From the IMG/VR virus record IMGVR_UViG_3300025141_000018: 64,000 nt of DNA. The stretch is one strand, 5' to 3'. Positions 57,515 through 64,000 of this stretch are shown here, one piece after another. The translations under genes and the position numbers were made by a program. The DNA is from a virus (taxonomy: Duplodnaviria > Caudoviricetes). Positions within the stretch are counted from its first letter, which is position 1. The number at the start of each line of letters is the position of its first letter. The notes below the pieces were generated by a model. It worked only from the letters and a program-made list of their open reading frames with translations. It did no database searches and was not told the origin of the DNA.

Positions 57515-58795
57515 ATGAATATAGGATTTATAGGATTAGGTAAACTAGGTCTTGAATGTGCCGAGGCAATGGCAGGTACTCATTATTACCAAGACTCAAC
57601 GTTTAACATGTCGGTAACTGGTTATGATATAGTAAAAAGAACTAGTAATAAGATTACTATTACAGACGATATAAAAAATACAGTAATAGATAAAGATTTT
57701 GTTTTTATTGCCGTACAAACACCCCACAACCCAAAATATGATGGTAGTATTCCTACATCGCATTTAGAAAACAAAGAGTTTGATTATTCTTATGTCGAAG
57801 ATGTATTACATAAAATTAAAAATTATATAACTAAAGATCAAAATATAATTCTTATTAGTACTGTATTACCAGGAACGTGTCGCGAACGATTTATTCCAAT
57901 AATCGAAAATACAAATTGTAATTTTATATATAATCCGTACTTAATTGCAATGGGTACAACTGCATGGGACATGTTAAATCCTGAAATGGTTATTATAGGC
58001 AATGCCGACGGAACCCGAGAATTGGATTCTCCGACAAGCAAATTAATACAGTTTTATAAAATAATAATGCAAAAGCATGATACAAGATTTGAAGTAGGTA
58101 CATGGGACGAAGCAGAATGTATTAAAATTTTTTATAATACATTTATATCAGCAAAAGTTGGACTTGTTAATATGATACAAGATGTTGCTGAACGCAGTGG
58201 TAATATAAATTGTGATATTGTTGCTAATGCTATTGCCAAATGTACACAACGTATTATGGGTAAAGCATATATGAAACCAGGTATGGGCGATGGTGGGCCT
58301 TGTCATCCTAGAGACAATATTGCATTACGATATCTAGCAGAAAAATTAGATTTAGGGTATGATTTATTTGATGCTATAATGACCGCAAGAGAAGTTCAAG
58401 CAAAGCGTATGGCTGAAAAACTTATTAGTTTTAACATGCCGATTGTTATTTTAGGAAAATCATTTAAACCTGATGTTGAATTTACAGATGGCAGTAGTAG
58501 TATGTTAGTAGGTCATTATGTAAAAGAACTTGCCCCACATTTAGATTTATATTACGACGAAAACCCACAAAATACATTTGAACCTATTACAGAAGAAATA
58601 CACGATATACCTTGTGTATATTTGTTAGGGCATAGAGGCAAACACCATAATTTTACCTTTAATTGGGATAGTATTATTGTAGATCCATGGCGAGAGTTTA
58701 CAACAGATAATCATCACAATTCACTTATAGGAATTAAAAAAGTAATACATTATGGAAATACACGATCATTTGATTACAAGTGGTTGCAGTTTTAG
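57515..58795 (+). CDS. UDP-glucose/GDP-mannose dehydrogenase family
   Basis: IGFIGLGKLG Rossmann motif, AVQTP, STVLPGT, YNP, K..YNTF, GMGDGGPCHPRD (catalytic Cys), GKSFKP. Confidence 0.9.
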   Translation: MNIGFIGLGKLGLECAEAMAGTHYYQDSTFNMSVTGYDIVKRTSNKITITDDIKNTVIDKDFVFIAVQTPHNPKYDGSIPTSHLENKEFDYSYVEDVLHKIKNYITKDQNIILISTVLPGTCRERFIPIIENTNCNFIYNPYLIAMGTTAWDMLNPEMVIIGNADGTRELDSPTSKLIQFYKIIMQKHDTRFEVGTWDEAECIKIFYNTFISAKVGLVNMIQDVAERSGNINCDIVANAIAKCTQRIMGKAYMKPGMGDGGPCHPRDNIALRYLAEKLDLGYDLFDAIMTAREVQAKRMAEKLISFNMPIVILGKSFKPDVEFTDGSSSMLVGHYVKELAPHLDLYYDENPQNTFEPITEEIHDIPCVYLLGHRGKHHNFTFNWDSIIVDPWREFTTDNHHNSLIGIKKVIHYGNTRSFDYKWLQF

Positions 58796-59516
58796 TGAGG
58801 TCAGAGATCTCAACACTTGGCCTTATTACATACAGCAACATTACAATATTAGTGCAAATCATTATGGTATGGGCAGTCAAGGTAATGGATTGATATCAAG
58901 GAAAGCACATTGGGCAATAGAAAAATACAAAGACAGATCTCTTTTAGTTATGGTCATGTGGAGTCATCCAGGTAGACATGAATTTTATGATAGCAATCAG
59001 TCTGATCTAACTTACAATAAGTATAGTGTTAATTTTATACCAGGTGTTGCAAGTGGTAGTTGGGGAATAATAAACTATAACTGGGACAGCCATAAAAATA
59101 AAGATATAAAATGGCTTGCTCCACATGATACAGCAACTATAGAAAAGTGTAAAGCATTTTACAATAGTATCTACAATGATGTGTATATGCAAATTCTAAC
59201 ATTAGAACATATACTAAGATTACAAACATATCTAAAATTTAACAAAATAAATTATGTATTTATGAAGTATACTGACGAAGTTTTTGCTTTTGAGGATAAC
59301 CCAGAATGTTCATGGTTATACCGACAATTGGACTTTGATAATTTTATTGAACAGTCTTGCTTTGAATGGTGTAGAGATTATAGTGGTATTGATATGCCTA
59401 AAACGTATTATACAAAAGATAATAAACATCGGGCAGTTTGGTTTGAACATCCTAATACACAACAACACGAAAGATATGCACATGATGTGATAGTGCCGCA
59501 TTTGGCGAGAGTTTAG
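58752..59516 (+). CDS. SGNH/GDSL hydrolase-like protein
   Basis: TSGCSFSE, GMGSQGNGLI, VMWS, EHPNTQQH. Confidence 0.65.
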   Translation: MEIHDHLITSGCSFSEVRDLNTWPYYIQQHYNISANHYGMGSQGNGLISRKAHWAIEKYKDRSLLVMVMWSHPGRHEFYDSNQSDLTYNKYSVNFIPGVASGSWGIINYNWDSHKNKDIKWLAPHDTATIEKCKAFYNSIYNDVYMQILTLEHILRLQTYLKFNKINYVFMKYTDEVFAFEDNPECSWLYRQLDFDNFIEQSCFEWCRDYSGIDMPKTYYTKDNKHRAVWFEHPNTQQHERYAHDVIVPHLARV

Positions 59517-59538
59517 AACAGAATGGAGATACACAAAA

Positions 59539-61026
59539 ATGATACTTAAAAACATTAATAAAAATGAGGGGGAAAACCCTGTGCTACTCGAATGGATACC
59601 TACTCTTTTTAAATTACACATATCAGAAACATATTATAAAGATAAAAATCAATGGAATAAATTATTATCATTTATTGATTTTAATGTAAAAGATCATAAA
59701 ATGAGTATCGAAGATACGATATATGATGAGAATGGCGCAAAGATTATAATTATAAATCTTCTATGCAAAAATCTTCTTAGTGACTGTCGTTATTTCCATC
59801 CAAGAACAACCTTCAACGCGACATTGCTTCCTTTATATAAACATAATTTATATAGGGGATTCCGCAATATGAAACATATAACACCAGAAAAAGAATATTA
59901 TTACTATTTTATAAATTTTGGTGACATATTGTTTTCTTATTTGTATAAGAACAGGCCTGATTCGTATAATTTAAAAGATAAAATAAAATTTACTATTAAT
60001 GATATTTTAAAAACAAAGTTAGATGAAGGCAATACAAAAATATTATTAAACACATCTAACGAATGTGTTGTTCCTGAATTAGTGGAATGGGATTATTTTT
60101 ATGATATGGTTCAACGACCTCCGACTGATTTTATTCATTTAACAGGCGATGCAAGATTACAAACTTCTGATTATATACCTACAATATATCATAATTGTTG
60201 GGAAAGAGCGGTATGTACATATAAAATGCACTACGCCGAACATATAATGAAAAAAATAGAAAATATTAAAAAGAAAAAAGAAGTTAAATGGCATGGGTTA
60301 TGTTTAAACAGAATTACTAAACCTCATCGAATTATAATGTGTAAATTTTTTGATGAACACTTAAAAGATAAAATAAATTACAGTTTTGGTATTCAGACTT
60401 TAACTTTTCATGAACTACATCCCGGATTTAAAGGTGGGGATCACGAAAAGTTAAAGACGATTGATAAGATTTTGATAGGCAACGAATGGTTTTATGGAAC
60501 AGATAATTTTAAAGAAAAGCGAGACGATACACAAATTTGGATTAAAAATCATGGAGAAAAAAATGCCGACAATGATTATTGTGATATGGGTTATAACATG
60601 AATAGTGAAATGCATGAAGATTCATATCATAACTCATATTTTAATATTGTTACTGAATCAGCTTGCCATGAATGGGAGGAGTCTACAACATTTCTTACTG
60701 AAAAAATTTTTAAACCAATATTATGGTATCAACCATTTATAATAGTTGGCCAGCCATATTCAATAGACTTTTTAAGGAAGTGTCATTATGATGTTTTTGA
60801 TGATATAATAGATCATTCATATGACGAGGTGTCACCTTTTGTAGAAAGAATTGATCTAATTAAGAAGGAAATAAAACGCCTTTGTGAAATATCTAAGAAA
60901 GAATGGGCCGATATTCTTTACAATATTTTACCTAGATTAAGTATAAATCATAAAACATTAGAAAAAGCCTTTTTAAAATTTAATGAATTAGACAGACCTT
61001 TATACAAAGGAGAATATTTAACTTAA
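59539..61026 (+). CDS. GT10-like glycosyltransferase, paralogue 4
   Basis: WHGLCLNRITKPHR...YFNIVTE...LTEKIFKPILWYQPFIIVG...DVFDDIIDHSYD. Confidence 0.55.
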   Translation: MILKNINKNEGENPVLLEWIPTLFKLHISETYYKDKNQWNKLLSFIDFNVKDHKMSIEDTIYDENGAKIIIINLLCKNLLSDCRYFHPRTTFNATLLPLYKHNLYRGFRNMKHITPEKEYYYYFINFGDILFSYLYKNRPDSYNLKDKIKFTINDILKTKLDEGNTKILLNTSNECVVPELVEWDYFYDMVQRPPTDFIHLTGDARLQTSDYIPTIYHNCWERAVCTYKMHYAEHIMKKIENIKKKKEVKWHGLCLNRITKPHRIIMCKFFDEHLKDKINYSFGIQTLTFHELHPGFKGGDHEKLKTIDKILIGNEWFYGTDNFKEKRDDTQIWIKNHGEKNADNDYCDMGYNMNSEMHEDSYHNSYFNIVTESACHEWEESTTFLTEKIFKPILWYQPFIIVGQPYSIDFLRKCHYDVFDDIIDHSYDEVSPFVERIDLIKKEIKRLCEISKKEWADILYNILPRLSINHKTLEKAFLKFNELDRPLYKGEYLT

Positions 61027-61748
61027 TGAATAAAATAAATTACATAGTCGAATGGATTAAAAAATATGCTGTTGATAATAATTTTTCTAATCTAGTTATA
61101 GGAATTTCTGGCGGTATAGATTCTGCTTTAACAAGTACTCTTTGTTGTATGACAGAATTAAATGTACACGCACTAAACATGCCAATACATTCTGCAGATA
61201 AAAATACTCAAAATTCAAGAACCCATTGTAACTGGTTAGAAAATAAATTTAATAATGTGACAGTTTATGAAATAGACCTATCACAAGTATATGACGGTTT
61301 TAAAAATACAATGTCTAATTTTGAAAATGAACTAGGGTTTGCAAATTCGAAAGCCAGGTTACGTATGACTACTCTGTATCAAGTTGCTTCGAGTGTTAAA
61401 GGTTTGGTGGTAGGTACCGGTAATAAAGTAGAAGATTTTGGTGTTGGGTTTTATACAAAATACGGTGACGGTGGTGTAGATATTTCTCCTATTGCAGATT
61501 TATATAAAACTGAGGTATATAAATGTGCGGAACAGTTAGATATACACGAAGATATTTTAAATGCGCCACCAACAGATGGCCTATGGGAAGACAACAGAAC
61601 TGACCAAGATCAATTAGGTTTGTCATATGAAATATTAGAACAATGTATGGAAAATAAAGCAAGTGACGAGCATCAAAAAATATATAATAAAATCCGGAAA
61701 CCAAATTTACATAAAATAATTCCTATTCCAATTTGTAGACTAACCTAG
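61026..61748 (+). CDS. nadE: NH3-dependent NAD+ synthetase
   Basis: IGISGGIDS PP-loop, NSKARLRM, VVGTGNKVE..VGFYTKYGDGGVDISPIADLYKTEV, APPTDGLW..RTDQDQLG..Y. Confidence 0.9.
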   Translation: MNKINYIVEWIKKYAVDNNFSNLVIGISGGIDSALTSTLCCMTELNVHALNMPIHSADKNTQNSRTHCNWLENKFNNVTVYEIDLSQVYDGFKNTMSNFENELGFANSKARLRMTTLYQVASSVKGLVVGTGNKVEDFGVGFYTKYGDGGVDISPIADLYKTEVYKCAEQLDIHEDILNAPPTDGLWEDNRTDQDQLGLSYEILEQCMENKASDEHQKIYNKIRKPNLHKIIPIPICRLT

Positions 61749-61750
61749 AT

Positions 61751-62362
61751 ATGAAACTTACATTAAGTTATATTTGTGCTAACATACTTATATATGATAC
61801 TGTAAAAACATTAAAAGACAAGTACGACATTGGGATTCATATAGATTTAATGGATGGGCATTTTGTACCACGACTTGGTGTACAACCGGAATTAATTGAT
61901 CTTTTAAAAAACGAATGTAATGTACCTGTTGATGTACATTGTATGATTACTGCTAATAACCACGCCTGGAAAGATGTGTTAAATAGTAATGCAGACGTAA
62001 TTTATGCACACTACGAAGCATTTCACAGTAAAGAACACACACTAAAATTTTTAAAGCAAGACAGCCGACTACAACTAGCATTTAAACCGCAATGGACTAT
62101 TCAACAAATAAATGAAATTTGTAATGAAATGGGCGTCGATGATTACTTACTAATGGCATACAATCCTGGTATAACAAAACAAGATTCATTTTATGATTTA
62201 AAAAAGATAGCAAATACTACTCGTAAAGTAACAGTAGATGGCGGAGTTGATTTTGGAGTGTTAGAAGATTTTATAAGTAACAATAAAGTTAACCTAGTAG
62301 CAGGTAGCAAATTAATATTCAATTCAGAATATAAACAAAACGTAGAAAGATTATTATGTTAA
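61751..62362 (+). CDS. rpe: Ribulose-phosphate 3-epimerase family protein
   Basis: HIDLMDGHFVP, DVHCM, VDGGV, VAGS motifs. Confidence 0.8.
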   Translation: MKLTLSYICANILIYDTVKTLKDKYDIGIHIDLMDGHFVPRLGVQPELIDLLKNECNVPVDVHCMITANNHAWKDVLNSNADVIYAHYEAFHSKEHTLKFLKQDSRLQLAFKPQWTIQQINEICNEMGVDDYLLMAYNPGITKQDSFYDLKKIANTTRKVTVDGGVDFGVLEDFISNNKVNLVAGSKLIFNSEYKQNVERLLC

Positions 62363-62721
62363 AAGGAACAGAATTAATTAGTATAGCAAAACAATATTTT
62401 GATGCGTGGAATAACCAAAATACAAATGCATTAGATTTTTTATTTACTGAAGACGTTACACTAACAGATTGGGAAATAAGTGAAAATGGAAAAGAAAAAG
62501 TGTTACAAGCAAATCAAAATATATTTAATAGCGTTAACGACATAGAAGCACAAGTGCAAGACATAGGCTATAATGATAATAAAGTTTATGCAGAATTAAT
62601 TATAGAAGTACTCACGTTGGATGCAACAAACGAGGCCGAACGTGAAAAAATAAAAGTACTCGATGTAATAACAATCGAAGACGATAGTCGAATTTCGAGT
62701 ATTAGTGCATATAAACAATGA
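62356..62721 (+). CDS. SnoaL / NTF2-like protein
   Basis: YFDAWN...LFTEDVTL.DW...GKEKV...DVIT...I..I.AY pattern. Confidence 0.7.
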   Translation: MLKGTELISIAKQYFDAWNNQNTNALDFLFTEDVTLTDWEISENGKEKVLQANQNIFNSVNDIEAQVQDIGYNDNKVYAELIIEVLTLDATNEAEREKIKVLDVITIEDDSRISSISAYKQ

Positions 62722-64000
62722 ATTTATTAATCCCTTGTTCCGGTCCAGGCACAAGATCAAACAGTTACGCAAAATTTCATAAAGCATTGGTGCGAATAGG
62801 TGATAAAGCAGTATTATCGCACATCATAGATTCGTACGAAAATATAGATACAATTTATATCTTATTAGGCTCGCAAGCCGAGTACATAAAGCAATATATT
62901 GATCATTGTAATTATACTAATATAGAGTTTATAGAAATTGAAAACTGGAATGATTCACAGTTTACAAGTTTTAAACAAATACCTAAGCATGTATTTGACA
63001 AGCCATTCTATTATAATGCCTGTGATAATTGGACTCCGCATGTACCGGTTGTTGAAGAAAATACTATTTTTAATTATAACTCACCACATAAAGAATTATA
63101 TGATAGTTGGAACGAAGCCTCACCAGATAGTTTTTATGCAGGTATAAGTCATGTTAAAGATACTACAAGGTTTTATAATATTTTACACAACTCTAACGAA
63201 ACACGCAACGATTTAAACATATATCATGAGTTTGATGAAGTAAATGAAGTTATGTTAAAAGAATGGTATGATGTAGGTAATGTTGAAGCCTACATGGCGG
63301 CAACTGCATTTTTTAAAAGTAATTATGACTTATTAGATAAATCCAATCAAGAAATTTATTACGTTAATAATAGAGTTATAAAACTATTTAAAAATACAGT
63401 TGAGGAGTTGCAACAATCGCTAGAGTCAAATCATTGCTTCCCTCATCCAAGTCCTTTACACGGAACTAACAATGGTATTAGTTATGATTTTGTCGAAGGT
63501 AAAGTTAATTTAGATGTAGATTATGATTACTTATTAGACAATCTTTGTAAGTTATGGGACTTTACTTTAGCAAATAATAAAACAATTACTAATAAAGCAA
63601 TTTGGCAAGATAAGACCTGGCAACGTTTTGAAATGATATGTGACAAGTATCCTGAATATGCTGATACAGTAACAATAAATCAAATACAAATAGATCCTTT
63701 TAGAACACTAGAAAAAATTAATTGGACTATATTAAACAACGGAGTAGAAGGCCCATGTCATGGCGACTTAGTACTAGACAATATTATTATTAATCATAAT
63801 AAAATTAATTATATTGATCATCGCGAAGGTAACGTGGGTGATATTTTTTACGATATATGTAAATTTTATCATAGTTTATACTTGCACAATATAAACTTAC
63901 AACGTACAGAGTATTCAATTGAATCTGTTAACCTACCATTAACTGAGGTAGATCTAGAACGTATAAATAAATTTAAACAAACAACTTTATATCAAACATA
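62718..64000 (+). CDS. Sugar-nucleotidyltransferase fused to APH/choline-kinase-like domain, partial
   Basis: Manual translation from ATG 62718 is open to the window end: LIPCSGPGTRS...HKALVRIG (NTP_transferase), WYDVGN, then HGDLVLDN and YID (kinase Brenner motifs). Confidence 0.8.
   Translation, partial: MNLLIPCSGPGTRSNSYAKFHKALVRIGDKAVLSHIIDSYENIDTIYILLGSQAEYIKQYIDHCNYTNIEFIEIENWNDSQFTSFKQIPKHVFDKPFYYNACDNWTPHVPVVEENTIFNYNSPHKELYDSWNEASPDSFYAGISHVKDTTRFYNILHNSNETRNDLNIYHEFDEVNEVMLKEWYDVGNVEAYMAATAFFKSNYDLLDKSNQEIYYVNNRVIKLFKNTVEELQQSLESNHCFPHPSPLHGTNNGISYDFVEGKVNLDVDYDYLLDNLCKLWDFTLANNKTITNKAIWQDKTWQRFEMICDKYPEYADTVTINQIQIDPFRTLEKINWTILNNGVEGPCHGDLVLDNIIINHNKINYIDHREGNVGDIFYDICKFYHSLYLHNINLQRTEYSIESVNLPLTEVDLERINKFKQTTLYQT

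Noticed and set aside
2165-63147. Numerous 60-150 aa ORFs nested antisense or out of frame within long genes (e.g. 2165-2509, 6689-7111, 13615-14064, 17504-17884, 19655-20017, 36292-36600)
   Set aside because: Fully overlapped by well-supported genes, with compositions typical of shadow frames and no motifs.
1-64000. Stop-codon reassignment (alternative genetic code)
   Set aside because: Genes are full-length and tightly packed under the standard code. TAA, TGA and TAG all appear as genuine stops.

Overview
The window is a 64-kb, AT-rich, gene-dense segment of a large T4-superfamily myovirus (jumbo-phage-like) genome. No rRNA, tRNA, CRISPR array or transposase was seen. (1) 1-3.8 kb: portal (partial), tape measure, and a gp26/gp51-like chaperone pair that appears joined by a -1 ribosomal frameshift. 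(2) 3.8-11.6 kb, minus strand: late sigma factor (gp55-like), gp47/gp46 nuclease, an Fe(II)/2OG-type oxygenase, dihydroorotate dehydrogenase, a Holliday junction resolvase, and a ~400-nt highly structured non-coding stretch. (3) 11.7-39.6 kb: baseplate and tail module (gp53, hub, gp5, gp25, gp6, a 3592-aa wedge/fibre protein, fibre proteins). Accessory genes interrupt it: two MORN-repeat genes, a catalytically degenerate lysozyme, two lipoproteins behind a sigma70-type promoter (one with DUF1566-like and C-type lectin domains), and a GT8-like enzyme. (4) 39.9-64 kb: a tightly coupled glycan synthesis and tailoring island. It has three GT-A-like enzymes, three radical SAM enzymes, four GT10-like paralogues, three sulfotransferases, four SGNH proteins, two cysteine hydrolases, a UDP-sugar dehydrogenase, NadE, Rpe, a SnoaL-like protein and a nucleotidyltransferase-kinase fusion. 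The island shows DNA-level traces of recent duplication and patch recombination. All family assignments come from motif recognition by eye; no database search was run.
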